Shown piece by piece: positions 9,980 through 20,220 of a stretch of 64,000 bases of DNA. Position numbers and translations under genes: made by a program. This DNA comes from a bacterium (GTDB taxonomy: Bacteria > JAMCPX01), in contig JBBIVV010000002.1 in NCBI GenBank assembly GCA_037439545.1, positions 1 to 64,000 of the forward strand. Direction: 5' to 3'. Below the pieces are notes generated by a model, which saw only the letters and a program-made list of their open reading frames with translations, made no database searches and was not told the DNA's origin. The stretch's first letter is position 1, and each line of letters begins with the position of its first letter.

Positions 9980-10587
9980 AACAGGATAGGCTTGTTCGTT
10001 TCGGAGATTTTGTTTTTAAACACAGGGATACACTGCCGGTGCCTTTTATAGTTATAGCTGTTGCGGTCCTCGCATTCACACATCCTACATTCACCGTTGG
10101 AAATGCGAGAGCTTTATTGTTCAGTTTCGGTGTGCTGGTCGTTTTGTCGGGAGAAATGATCAGGATATGGGCGGTCGGATATTCAGGCAGCACAACGCGT
10201 TCGCGATCGCTTATTGCAGACAGGCTCGTCACGGAAGGACCTTATTCCATTATAAGAAATCCCCTTTATGCCGGCAACTTTTTAATAGCCCTTGGATTTT
10301 CAATCATGGCCAATGCCGTTATTGTAATACCGCTCGTAATACTCTACTTTATCATTGAGTATTATCCCATGGTAAGGAGGGAGGAATATTTTTTGCTCGA
10401 AAAATTCGGAGACGGCTACCGGCACTATCTTACAGAAGTACCCCGGTTTTTTCCAAAAAAGCTCGCGACCAAAAAAACGGCATATAATCCGTCAGCCCTT
10501 AAGGGAGAGATGTGGACAATGCTTGGCATTGTTTTAATGCTGGCGGTCATGATAGGCATTGACTTCATACGGATCAAATTGATTTAA
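9976..10587 (+). CDS. Isoprenylcysteine carboxylmethyltransferase (ICMT/PEMT) family membrane protein
   Basis: LVTEGPYSIIRNPLYAG, REE.FL..KFG..Y..Y...VPRF; ATGA overlap with the polX stop. Confidence 0.85.
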   Translation: MKQDRLVRFGDFVFKHRDTLPVPFIVIAVAVLAFTHPTFTVGNARALLFSFGVLVVLSGEMIRIWAVGYSGSTTRSRSLIADRLVTEGPYSIIRNPLYAGNFLIALGFSIMANAVIVIPLVILYFIIEYYPMVRREEYFLLEKFGDGYRHYLTEVPRFFPKKLATKKTAYNPSALKGEMWTMLGIVLMLAVMIGIDFIRIKLI

Positions 10588-10596
10588 ACAATAAAA

Positions 10597-10625
10597 TTGA
10601 CAAATAATGCGTTAAAAAATATAAG
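10597..10625 (+). promoter_or_regulatory. Sigma70-type promoter of the cytochrome gene
   Basis: TTGACA-N17-TATAAG; GAGGAGG RBS before ATG 10652. Confidence 0.5.
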
Positions 10626-10651
10626 ACAACTATTATAGAAGAGGAGGCAGT

Positions 10652-13237
10652 ATGAAAACAAATTCAGGAAAATACATTCACTTTATCATAGCAGGTCTGG
10701 TAGTAAGTCTTGCTCTGTCCGGGTGTAAAGGCTCGACAGGCACTGCAGGACTGAGCTCCGGCACTATCACAGGGAATGTTATAGATACAACAACGAACAA
10801 ATCGCTCGCGGGAGCTCTGATAACAGTTTCACCTGCTCTGTTTTCCTCTACCACTGATTCAAACGGAAATTTTACGATGCAGAATGTACCCGTGGGCATA
10901 TATCAGGTAGCAGCATCATTCAACGGCTATATATCACAAACTACAGGTTTTATTTCCATAGTTGCAGGGAAGACCATGAATATACCGTTTAAGCTGTCCA
11001 CTGTTCCATCACCGGCAACAAATACCGTTGCCAATGCAGGGCCGAATCAATGGAATGTCGGGTACGGTGTGTCTGTCACGATTGATGGAAGTGCAAGCAC
11101 AAGTGCATCGGGACAGCCATTGACCTATACCTGGACGCAAGTCCCGAATTATGCAGGACAGTTCATAGCAGCACCCGTCACTTTCCTGAACGGTACGAGC
11201 AGTGCGACATTGCAGGTTCAGTTACCGACGCTGCAGCAGTTCTTTGCTTCACTCGATGTGCCTGTCCAGATTCCGGACAAGGTTGGAGTGCTCGGCATTT
11301 CTGCATGGCTCGGGGCAGGCAATTATGCAAACAGCAATGATTTTGCATTCCAGCTTACTGTTTCGGATGGAACAAATACCTCTACGACAACGGTTTATGT
11401 TGCACCTGCATCCATGACAAGCGGATTAACCAATGTTCCTGTCGGCATCACGCAGTATCTTGACGGCGGGACAAATGGCGGCACACAGTCAACATGGGAT
11501 TGGCAGGTCGTTTCAGCGCCCGGCGGTTCCGCCGTAACAGCACTGTCAGACCCGACAGCACAGACACCGCACTTTACTCCTGATCTTGCAGGACAATATG
11601 TTCTTCGTGAGTCAGTATCGGGACAGGAGATCACCATAAATGCAGGCACGTATGTCGGCTGGCAGCAATGTGCCCAGTGTCATAACGGCAATATAGCGAA
11701 TGCACCTTTGACCGTTGGTCCATGGCTTGGAACGAAACATGCGACCATGTTCTCAAAAATGATCAATGGCGATTATCAGGATGATGATAATTATACCTTG
11801 CACTGTGCAGGCTGTCATACACTCGGGGATACGCCAGAAGAAACACGTCCGAGCAATGGCTGGTGGGATGCGTATGTAAGCTCGGGATGGGTGTTCCCGT
11901 TCGTGGCAAACAATTACAGTTTTGCAATAAACAAGGATAATTGGAACACTATGCCCCAGTCTTTGAAGAATATGAGCAATATACAGTGTGAAAACTGTCA
12001 CGGACCGGGCAGTGTTCATACGGGTACTCTGAGCTATGATCAGGCGGTGTGCTTCCAGTGTCATGATGATACGGACGACGAGGATATACCGAATGAATGG
12101 AGGACATCGAAGCATGCACAGAGTCTGACAGCAGCGGGCGGGTTTGTAACCCAAAATTTAGGTTGTGTCCAGTGCCACGTATCGCAAGAGATTGTTGCCG
12201 TGAATTTCAAAGGCCTGCCGGCAACCACGGTAACGGATCCATTCCCGGTAAACTGTGTGGCGTGTCATGATCCGCATAGCGTTGCAAATCCGAATCAGCT
12301 CAGACTCTACGGTTCTGAGGCAGTTGCAGGAGGCAGCTTTACACTTACCAATGTCGGTGCTGGCGCGATATGCACCATGTGCCATACGGACCAGACAGCG
12401 GATCCAAATAATGCCCTGCAGAATGCTTTAAGCTTAACAGGTACGGCATCAGCGGCTGCTGCAGCAGCTTCTGCAACAGACATCCATAATACGACAGCAG
12501 AGGTGTTTGCAGCGGGTCAGGGCTTCACTCTTGTCGGAGCTGGCAGTTACGCAGCAGCGGTTCAGAGCTCACCGCATACGACAGGAGCGTTATCATCGAC
12601 AAACGGACAGGCACTGTGTGTCACATGCCACATGTATCATCCGTCTTACTTTACGCTCACGACAGGCAATCACAGTTTTGCCATGTCAGACGGACTTGTA
12701 GATGATACGGAGGCTTGTGCCCAATGTCATACGGTCGGGACTCCGATAACCGCATACACAAATATTGTTACAGGGTTTGATACATGGGTCGATCCGGCAC
12801 AGTCTTCTTCTGTTCCAAATTGGGACGGTTCGCAGCTGCCACCATGCCCACAGGGCAACATATGTACCGCAGGCACGGAAGGTATACAGGACCGTGTTCA
12901 GGGACTTTTGAGCGTGCTTGCATGCGCTATTACGACAAGTGCAAGTCAGTCATGCACCGCAACAACCACGGATATCAGCGGCAGTCCTGTACCATGGACA
13001 ATAACGATACCTTCAGGCAGGGGCAGGGCAAATGTTCTATCGCCATCCAACGGTACCGCAGGGTTTACCTTTACGAATACATTTACTCAACCGGAGATTG
13101 ACGCAGTGTATAACTATAACCTTGTTGCCAACGAAGGGAGTACAGGTATACACAATACGAAGTTCGATGTAGAGTTGCTGCAGAAGGCATTTAAAGATCT
13201 TACCGGTGTTGATATTCCCGGCGCATCACTGTACTGA
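10652..13237 (+). CDS. Multiheme (9x CxxCH) cytochrome c lipoprotein with N-terminal carboxypeptidase-regulatory/PKD-like beta domains
   Basis: LALSGC lipobox; CAQCH, CAGCH, CENCH, CFQCH, CVQCH, CVACH, CTMCH, CVTCH, CAQCH; ANAGPNQ...LTYTWTQ PKD-like motif. Confidence 0.88.
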   Translation: MKTNSGKYIHFIIAGLVVSLALSGCKGSTGTAGLSSGTITGNVIDTTTNKSLAGALITVSPALFSSTTDSNGNFTMQNVPVGIYQVAASFNGYISQTTGFISIVAGKTMNIPFKLSTVPSPATNTVANAGPNQWNVGYGVSVTIDGSASTSASGQPLTYTWTQVPNYAGQFIAAPVTFLNGTSSATLQVQLPTLQQFFASLDVPVQIPDKVGVLGISAWLGAGNYANSNDFAFQLTVSDGTNTSTTTVYVAPASMTSGLTNVPVGITQYLDGGTNGGTQSTWDWQVVSAPGGSAVTALSDPTAQTPHFTPDLAGQYVLRESVSGQEITINAGTYVGWQQCAQCHNGNIANAPLTVGPWLGTKHATMFSKMINGDYQDDDNYTLHCAGCHTLGDTPEETRPSNGWWDAYVSSGWVFPFVANNYSFAINKDNWNTMPQSLKNMSNIQCENCHGPGSVHTGTLSYDQAVCFQCHDDTDDEDIPNEWRTSKHAQSLTAAGGFVTQNLGCVQCHVSQEIVAVNFKGLPATTVTDPFPVNCVACHDPHSVANPNQLRLYGSEAVAGGSFTLTNVGAGAICTMCHTDQTADPNNALQNALSLTGTASAAAAAASATDIHNTTAEVFAAGQGFTLVGAGSYAAAVQSSPHTTGALSSTNGQALCVTCHMYHPSYFTLTTGNHSFAMSDGLVDDTEACAQCHTVGTPITAYTNIVTGFDTWVDPAQSSSVPNWDGSQLPPCPQGNICTAGTEGIQDRVQGLLSVLACAITTSASQSCTATTTDISGSPVPWTITIPSGRGRANVLSPSNGTAGFTFTNTFTQPEIDAVYNYNLVANEGSTGIHNTKFDVELLQKAFKDLTGVDIPGASLY

Positions 13238-13258
13238 AATTAGAATATATGCGACATT

Positions 13259-13292
13259 AAAGCAGCTCCTCCGGACGAGGGGCTGCTTTTTT
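13259..13292 (+). terminator. Rho-independent terminator
   Basis: AAAGCAGCTCCTC-cggac-GAGGGGCTGCTTT followed by a T run. Confidence 0.8.
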
Positions 13293-13320
13293 ATTGTCAA
13301 TACATCTTTTTGACGTATTC

Positions 13321-13372
13321 TTGACTGAAAAACGCATACCGGATAAACTTGTATACAAAAAAATGTATACAG
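13321..13372 (+). promoter_or_regulatory. Sigma70 promoter with two TGTATACA operator sites
   Basis: TTGACT-N17-TAAACT; TTGTATACAA at 13349-13358 and ATGTATACAG at 13363-13372. Confidence 0.65.
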
Positions 13373-13397
13373 ATCGTTGATACAGAAAAGAGGCAGT

Positions 13398-15089
13398 ATG
13401 TCTACAGACAGGATCGTAATCATTGGAGGCGGTGCGTGCGGTGCAAAGGTTGCAGCAAGAGCACGGCGGAATACCTCCAACGCTGAAATAATAATAATAG
13501 ATAAAGGCCCTTCCATATCCTATGCTGGCTGCGGTATGCCGTACTACATAGCCGGTGCAGTCGAGCATGCATCGGATTTGATGAGTATGCTGTGGGGTAC
13601 GGTAAGGGATGAAAAGTATTTTAAAGATTCAAAGAATGTTACTGTTTATACCAATACTGCCGTAGAAACCATAGAGCCTTCGGCCAAGAGTATAAAGATT
13701 ATCGATGCGTCGGGCGCTACAAGGCAATTGACCTATTCAAAGCTTGTTCTTGCGACAGGTGCAAAGGCGAAGGTCCCCTCAATCGACGGTATTAATCTAA
13801 AAAATGTTTTTGTGTTGAGGAGTCTTGAAGACGCCCGGGAGATAAGGAAAGCTATAGAGTCAGGGGGTGTGGAGAAAGCTGTGATAGTCGGTGCCGGCAG
13901 GGTTGGACTTGAGTTGGCAGATGCGTTCAATGCACAAGGGCTTGATATAACAATAGTAGAAATGGCAGATCAGGTTTTACCTGATGTGCTTGACAGTGAC
14001 ATGGCACAGTATCCTGTGAATATACTTCGTTCTGAAAAAATTAATCTATTTATGCAGGAATCAGCCGTAAGACTTGTCGGTGATGCAAATAACAGGGTGA
14101 AAAAGGTCATAACGAACAGGAGGGAGCTTGATGCTGATATGGTCATTTTTGCAGTGGGTATAAAACCGGATATAGGACTGGCGAAGTCAGCAGGAATAAA
14201 GATTGGCGAGACCGGCGCCATAGCAGTCGATGAATATATGCAGACAAATATACCCGATATATATGCAGGCGGTGACTGTGTTGAATGTAAAGATATTATT
14301 ACAGGGAACGCAGTCAATATGCCGCTTGGTTCTGTGGCAAACAAGCAGGGACGTGTTATAGCAAACACTATAACAGGTATAAGTGATACCTTTCCCGGGG
14401 TTGCCGGTTCGAGCATTTTGATGAGTCTTGGATTGAAGATAGGGAAGACCGGACTGACAGAAAAGCACGCAAAAAGCCTTGGCTATGAAACAGAAGCATG
14501 CCTGTCGGCAACAAGGGATATCTCGCATTTTCTTGCGGGCAGCAGGAATATTGTTACTAAATTGATTGTATCGTCAAAAGACAGAAGGCTGCTCGGAGCA
14601 CAGATTGTCGGAACGGGAGATGTTGCCAAAAGACTCGATGTTGCGGCTACCTCTATATCTTTTAAGGCAAAAATCGATGACATCGCAGCACTTGATCTGT
14701 GCTATGCCCCGCCGTTTGCCACAGCTATGGACAGTATAATACACTCCGCAAATATTATGCGCAATAAACTGTCCGGTCATGTAAAAGTCATTTCACCTGA
14801 TGCAGTAAAACAAAAGCTCGGCAGTAAGGAAGATTTTATATTGTTAGATTTACGGACCGGAGATGAAATAAACAAAGGGCAAAAGATAGACGATAAAAGG
14901 GTGGCGTTCATCCCCCTTGAACAACTAAGGGGACGAATGACCGAATTGCCGAAAAACAAAGAGATAGTATGCACATGCCAGTATGGTACACGCGCCTATG
15001 AGGCATATACCATTCTCCAGGGTAACGGGTTTGAACTTATCAAATATGTGGAATGCGGTATGTTCGGATATACATGGCTGAGCTCATAG
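13398..15089 (+). CDS. CoA-disulfide/persulfide reductase-like FAD oxidoreductase with C-terminal rhodanese domain (CoADR-RHD/Npsr type)
   Basis: GGGACG FAD motif, SYAGCGMPY redox Cys, IYAGGDC, LDLCYAPPF, rhodanese CQYGTRA. Confidence 0.85.
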   Translation: MSTDRIVIIGGGACGAKVAARARRNTSNAEIIIIDKGPSISYAGCGMPYYIAGAVEHASDLMSMLWGTVRDEKYFKDSKNVTVYTNTAVETIEPSAKSIKIIDASGATRQLTYSKLVLATGAKAKVPSIDGINLKNVFVLRSLEDAREIRKAIESGGVEKAVIVGAGRVGLELADAFNAQGLDITIVEMADQVLPDVLDSDMAQYPVNILRSEKINLFMQESAVRLVGDANNRVKKVITNRRELDADMVIFAVGIKPDIGLAKSAGIKIGETGAIAVDEYMQTNIPDIYAGGDCVECKDIITGNAVNMPLGSVANKQGRVIANTITGISDTFPGVAGSSILMSLGLKIGKTGLTEKHAKSLGYETEACLSATRDISHFLAGSRNIVTKLIVSSKDRRLLGAQIVGTGDVAKRLDVAATSISFKAKIDDIAALDLCYAPPFATAMDSIIHSANIMRNKLSGHVKVISPDAVKQKLGSKEDFILLDLRTGDEINKGQKIDDKRVAFIPLEQLRGRMTELPKNKEIVCTCQYGTRAYEAYTILQGNGFELIKYVECGMFGYTWLSS

Positions 15090-15223
15090 CAGCATGCTAT
15101 CAAATCCCATCAGGCAGTTCGTAGATGCTTTATCCGGTACTCGGCTCAAACTCTCCCCCCTTTTAATATTTCATATTCCCAAAACGCATTTTTTTGTCCC
15201 AGACACACAAAACAAGAATTTAC

Positions 15224-15259
15224 TTGACACAAAATAAATATATTGTATATTGTATACAT
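15224..15259 (+). promoter_or_regulatory. sat-apr-qmo promoter with operator overlapping -10
   Basis: TTGACA at 15224-15229; TTGTATATTGTATACAT at 15243-15259; AAGGAGGT RBS. Confidence 0.65.
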
Positions 15260-15287
15260 AATATAAAATAGAAAGGAGGTAAAAAAG

Positions 15288-16517
15288 ATGGGACAATTAA
15301 TTTCACCGCATGGTTCTAAGGTATTAAAGCCCCTTCTGTTAGAAGGAAAAGCACGGGAGGAAGAGCTAAAGAAAGCTCAAGGCTTACCTAAGGTCAAAAT
15401 GACAAGCAGGGAGACATCTGATCTTATCATGCTTGGTATCGGGGCATTCACACCCCTTGAAGGATTTATGGGATACGATGACTGGAAAGGCATCTGTGCA
15501 GAATATAAGATGAAAAATGGATTATTCTGGCCTATTCCTATAACACTTTCAGCAGAAAAGTCTGTTGCAGATGGTCTAAAAAATGGTTCAGAGGTGGCAC
15601 TCGTTGATGAGGAGACCTCGGAGATCATGGGTACCATGAAGATAACTTCAAAGTACTCCATTGATAAGGCTTATGAATGTAAAGAGGTTTTCAAAACGAA
15701 TGATACAGAGCATCCTGGTGTTGCAAAAGTCATGTCACAGGCAGAAATAAACCTTGCCGGGCCCGTAAAAGTATTGAGTGAAAGCTACTATCCGAAACAA
15801 TTTGGCGATATATACATGAGGCCTGCTGAAAGCAGGAAGGTATTTGAAGAAAAGGGCTGGCGTACGATAGCAGCGCTGCAACTGAGAAACCCTATGCACA
15901 GATCGCATGAATATCTTGCAAAAATAGCAATTGAAGTTGTTGACGGTGTATTTATCCACCAGCTTGTCGGAAAACTGAAAGAAGGCGACATTCCGGCGGA
16001 CGTAAGAACAAAATGCATAAACATTCTTGTAGATAAATATTTCGTCAAAAACACTGTTTTAATGGGCGGGTACCCCATGGAGATGAGATATGCCGGTCCG
16101 CGTGAAGCTTTATTGCACGGCGTGTTCAGACAGAACTTCGGATGTACCCATTTGATAGTCGGCAGGGACCACGCAGGCGTCGGCAGTTACTACGGTCCAT
16201 TTGATGCGCATAAGATATTCGATGAAATACCGAAAGATGCACTTGAACTAAAGCCTTTTAAGATCGACTGGACATTCTACTGTTCCAAATGCAGGGGCAT
16301 GGCTTCGACAAGAACATGTCCGCACGGCAAAGAGGACAGGCTTCTTCTGAGCGGAACCGCACTGCGTAAATCATTATCAGAAGGTAAGCCGGTATCAGAG
16401 GATTTCAGCAGGCCGGAAGTTCTCGAGGTCTTGAAGGACTACTATGCTCACCTTGAGCACAAAGTAGAGATCAAAACACATGCTGCTTCTGAAGGCATAG
16501 GTATAGAGAAAAAGTAA
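15288..16517 (+). CDS. sat: Sulfate adenylyltransferase (dissimilatory ATP sulfurylase)
   Basis: [23 protein letters not shown]...[20 protein letters not shown]........CPH. Confidence 0.97.
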   Translation: MGQLISPHGSKVLKPLLLEGKAREEELKKAQGLPKVKMTSRETSDLIMLGIGAFTPLEGFMGYDDWKGICAEYKMKNGLFWPIPITLSAEKSVADGLKNGSEVALVDEETSEIMGTMKITSKYSIDKAYECKEVFKTNDTEHPGVAKVMSQAEINLAGPVKVLSESYYPKQFGDIYMRPAESRKVFEEKGWRTIAALQLRNPMHRSHEYLAKIAIEVVDGVFIHQLVGKLKEGDIPADVRTKCINILVDKYFVKNTVLMGGYPMEMRYAGPREALLHGVFRQNFGCTHLIVGRDHAGVGSYYGPFDAHKIFDEIPKDALELKPFKIDWTFYCSKCRGMASTRTCPHGKEDRLLLSGTALRKSLSEGKPVSEDFSRPEVLEVLKDYYAHLEHKVEIKTHAASEGIGIEKK

Positions 16518-16543
16518 AAATAAAAAATAAAGGAGGTTCATTT

Positions 16544-16987
16544 ATGCCAAGTTATGTAATAACGGAAAAATGTGACGGATGTAAGGCACTGCAAAGAACA
16601 GCCTGCCAATACATATGTCCAAACGATCTTATGGTGTTAGACAAAGAAAAGATGAAGGCTTTCAACAGAGAGCCGGAAATGTGCTGGGAATGCTACTCAT
16701 GCGTAAAAATATGTCCTCAGCAGGCAATCGATGTGAGAGGCTATGCAGATTTTATGCCGCTCGGTGCCAGCGTGACGCCCATGAGAGGGTCACAGGATAT
16801 TATGTGGACAGTAAAGTTCCGCAATGGAACGATCAAGCGGTTTAAATTTCCAACCAGAACAACAGTGGAAGGGGAAGTTAAGCCTTATGCGGACTACAAA
16901 TCAGGTTCTGATGATTTAAAGAGCCCGTTGCTTGCAACAGAGCCGGATTCACTGGGCTTAGCTCAACTTTCAATACCAAAGAAGTAA
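16544..16987 (+). CDS. aprB: Adenylyl-sulfate reductase beta subunit
   Basis: MPSYV..EKCDGCK......CQYICPNDLM, CWECYSCVKICPQ.AI.VRGYADF. Confidence 0.97.
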   Translation: MPSYVITEKCDGCKALQRTACQYICPNDLMVLDKEKMKAFNREPEMCWECYSCVKICPQQAIDVRGYADFMPLGASVTPMRGSQDIMWTVKFRNGTIKRFKFPTRTTVEGEVKPYADYKSGSDDLKSPLLATEPDSLGLAQLSIPKK

Positions 16988-16997
16988 GGAGGAAAGT

Positions 16998-18884
16998 ATG
17001 GATAACTTTGAAACAATAGAAGTAACTACGGATTTTTTAATAGTTGGCGGCGGTATGGCAGCATGTGGTGCTGCTGTTGAAGCAGCCTACTGGGCGAAGA
17101 AAAACGGTCTAAAGGTAACGCTTGTCGATAAGGCAGCTATGGAGAGAAGCGGCGCAGTTGCCATGGGTCTTTCTGCAATAAACACTTACATCGGCATCAA
17201 GGACGGTAAAAATAGTCCGGAGGACTTTGTCAAGTATGTGAGAAATGACCAGATGGGTACTGTGAGAGAAGACCTGGTGTATGATATAGCACGGCACGTC
17301 GATTCTACGGTTCACCTGTTTGAGAAATGGGGACTGCCGATATGGAAAGATGAACAAGGACAGTATGTGCATGAAGGCAGATGGCAGATCATGATAAACG
17401 GCGAGTCCTACAAGGTAATCGTGGCAGAGGCAGCAAAGAGTGCCCTTGGCATGGACAACATCTATGAGAGAGTGTTCATAGTAAATCTTCTCGTAGATGA
17501 CAAGAACCCCAATAAGATAGCAGGAGCAGTCGGATTCAGTGTCAGGGAAAATAAATTCTATGTATTCAAGGCAAAAGCAGTTATGGTTGCAGCAGGCGGT
17601 GCTGTCCACATATTCAGACCTAGATCAACAGGTGAAGGGCTCGGCAGGGCATGGTACCCGCCATGGAACTCAGGTTCAAGCTATGCAACGATGCTGCAGG
17701 CAGGTGCGGAAATGACCCAGATGGAAAGCAGATTTATTCCTACAAGATTCAAGGACGGATACGGTCCCGTCGGTGCATGGTTCCTGCTCTTTAAGTCAAG
17801 GGCGACAAATGCATTCGGTGAAGATTACCTGCAAACACAGGCAGAGGAAATCAAGAAATGGGAGCCTTATGCCAATGTTAAGCCTGTTCCTACCCCCCTT
17901 CGTAATCACCAGATGATTAAGGAGCTTGTGGAAGGCAGGGGGCCTGTTTACATGAGAACAGAAGAAGCTATAAAGAAAATAACAGATACAACGCCCGGTA
18001 CAGACAAAGATAAAAAGAAAAAACTGAAAGAATTGGAAGCAGAGGCATGGGAAGACTTTCTTGACATGACAATAACCCAGGCAGGGTTATGGGCATCACA
18101 GAATATCTCACCGGAGGAAAAGCCTTCGGAGATTATGCCTTCAGAACCGTACTTTATCGGTTCACATGCTTCATGTGCAGGTGCATGGGTAAGCGGTCCA
18201 GCTGATATCGGACCAAAAGAGTATAATTGGGGCTACAACCGTATGAGCACGGTAGAAGGCTTGTTTACGGCAGGTGATGGCGTAGGTGCATCGGCACACA
18301 AGTTCTCTTCGGGTTCATGCACAGAGGGAAGGATCGCCGGAAAAGAAGCAGTAAGATACATAAAGGATCACCCTGAAACTCCAAATGTAGATTCAAAGAA
18401 GATAGAAGCATTGAAAGAAAAGACTTACAAACCTATGAAGACCTTTGAACAGTTCAAGAATCTATCAAGCGACTCGAACATCAATCCAAATTATATTAAG
18501 CCGAAGATGTTCTTATTCAGGCTTAACAAGATTATGGACGAGTATGTAGGAGGAACATCAATGTGGTACACAACGAATAAACCTATGCTTGAAAGAGGTC
18601 TTGAATTGCTTACGATGCTCAAAGAAGACTCTGAGAAGCTTGGAGCAGAAAACCTCCATGAACTTATGAGGGCATGGGAGAACTACCACAGACTCTGGAC
18701 AGCAGAGGTTCATTTACGGCATGTAATGTTCAGAGAGGAAACAAGGTATCCCGGTTATCTGTACAGGTCTGACTTCCCGAAGATGGACGAGGCGAACTGG
18801 AAAGTGTTTGTGAACTCAAGATGGGACCCGCAGACAGGAAACTGGCAGATGATGAAGAAACCGGTAATCCAGATAATAGCGTAA
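16998..18884 (+). CDS. aprA: Adenylyl-sulfate reductase alpha subunit
   Basis: RSGAVAMGLSAIN, WQIMINGESYK, GRAWYPPWN, RFKDGYGPVGAWFL, WEDFLDM, HELMRAWEN. Confidence 0.98.
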   Translation: MDNFETIEVTTDFLIVGGGMAACGAAVEAAYWAKKNGLKVTLVDKAAMERSGAVAMGLSAINTYIGIKDGKNSPEDFVKYVRNDQMGTVREDLVYDIARHVDSTVHLFEKWGLPIWKDEQGQYVHEGRWQIMINGESYKVIVAEAAKSALGMDNIYERVFIVNLLVDDKNPNKIAGAVGFSVRENKFYVFKAKAVMVAAGGAVHIFRPRSTGEGLGRAWYPPWNSGSSYATMLQAGAEMTQMESRFIPTRFKDGYGPVGAWFLLFKSRATNAFGEDYLQTQAEEIKKWEPYANVKPVPTPLRNHQMIKELVEGRGPVYMRTEEAIKKITDTTPGTDKDKKKKLKELEAEAWEDFLDMTITQAGLWASQNISPEEKPSEIMPSEPYFIGSHASCAGAWVSGPADIGPKEYNWGYNRMSTVEGLFTAGDGVGASAHKFSSGSCTEGRIAGKEAVRYIKDHPETPNVDSKKIEALKEKTYKPMKTFEQFKNLSSDSNINPNYIKPKMFLFRLNKIMDEYVGGTSMWYTTNKPMLERGLELLTMLKEDSEKLGAENLHELMRAWENYHRLWTAEVHLRHVMFREETRYPGYLYRSDFPKMDEANWKVFVNSRWDPQTGNWQMMKKPVIQIIA

Positions 18885-18897
18885 AAAAAATATCAAT

Positions 18898-18922
18898 GCA
18901 GAAGCGGCGACGCCGCTTCTGC
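18898..18922 (+). other. Strong intra-operon hairpin between aprA and qmoA
   Basis: GCAGAAGCGGCG-A-CGCCGCTTCTGC perfect inverted repeat with no long U-tract. Confidence 0.6.
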
Positions 18923-18957
18923 TTCATAAAAGACGCAAATGACAGGTGGTTATGGCT

Positions 18958-20217
18958 ATGAATAATGGCAGTAAGAGTGTGTGTGTAATAGGCGGAGGCA
19001 TAAGCGGTATAACAACAGCCATAGAAGCAGCCGAGGTCGGTTATGAAGTATATCTTGTAGAAAAAAGCCCTTCACTCGGCGGCAGGGTTGTTCAGATGAA
19101 TCAGTATTTTCCAAAACTGTGCCCTCCACAATGCGGTATAGAGATTAACTACAAAAGAATGAGGATAAATCCCAAGATAAGATACTTTACACTTTCCGAA
19201 GTTGAAAATATCTCAGGCACGCCAGGTAATTTTGATGTCACTATAAGAATAAACCCAAGATATGTGAATGAAAAATGCACCGCATGTAATAAGTGTGTAG
19301 AAGTCTGCCCGGTCGAAAGGGAGAGCGATTACAATTATGGCATGAACAAAACAAAAGCTATTTATGTGCCGCACGAGATGGCTTTTCCCATGAAGTATGT
19401 AATCGATGATAAAGTGTGTCTGAAAGAGCAATGTGCAAAGTGTGTGTCGGCATGCACGTATGATGCAATTGATCTATCCATAAAGCCAAAGACACTTAAC
19501 ATAAAAGTCGGTTCTATTGTTTTAGCAACAGGATGGTCACCCTATGATGCCGCAAAAATAGATAATCTTAAATATGGTATTTATAAAAATGTTATAAGAA
19601 ATGTCGAAATGGAAAGACTCGCAGCACCCAATGGACCTACAAAGGGAAAGATCAAGAGACCTTCGGATGGTAAAGAGATCAAGAGCATTGCCTTCATACA
19701 GTGTGCCGGTTCAAGAGACGAGAATCACCTCGCGCACTGTTCATCGATATGCTGCCTTGCTTCAATGAAGCAGGCGACCTACATAAGGAGCCAGTATCCG
19801 GATGCAGATGTTTCCATATTCTATATCGATATAAGGGCAACCGGAAGGTTTGAGGATTTTTATGCAAAGATTCAAGATGATAACAAAGTATCATTTATAA
19901 AAGGCAAAGTTGCAAAGATAGTCGAAGATGCAGGCACAAAAGACCTCACGGTGGTGGCAGAGGATATTCTGTCAGGGAAGAAGATCCATAAGCAGGTTGA
20001 CATGGTTGTTCTGGCAACAGGCATGGTGCCCAATGGTGTCAAAGCAAAAATGCCTGCAGATATTGTTTATGATGAATTTGGATTCGTGGCTCAGGATCTG
20101 CAATCACCCGGAATATATGCAGCAGGCTGCACAAAGAAGCCTGCTGATGTTGCGAGCTGTATTCAGGATGCAACCGGGGCAGCGCTGAAAGCCATTCAGA
20201 CAATCGTGGGGGTATAA
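18958..20217 (+). CDS. qmoA: QmoA (HdrA-like flavoprotein); start may be 18946 or 18952
   Basis: GGGISG, YFPKLCPPQCG, CTACNKCVEVCP, QCAGSRD.NHL.HCS.ICC; directly after aprA. Confidence 0.93.
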   Translation: MNNGSKSVCVIGGGISGITTAIEAAEVGYEVYLVEKSPSLGGRVVQMNQYFPKLCPPQCGIEINYKRMRINPKIRYFTLSEVENISGTPGNFDVTIRINPRYVNEKCTACNKCVEVCPVERESDYNYGMNKTKAIYVPHEMAFPMKYVIDDKVCLKEQCAKCVSACTYDAIDLSIKPKTLNIKVGSIVLATGWSPYDAAKIDNLKYGIYKNVIRNVEMERLAAPNGPTKGKIKRPSDGKEIKSIAFIQCAGSRDENHLAHCSSICCLASMKQATYIRSQYPDADVSIFYIDIRATGRFEDFYAKIQDDNKVSFIKGKVAKIVEDAGTKDLTVVAEDILSGKKIHKQVDMVVLATGMVPNGVKAKMPADIVYDEFGFVAQDLQSPGIYAAGCTKKPADVASCIQDATGAALKAIQTIVGV

Positions 20218-20220
20218 ACC

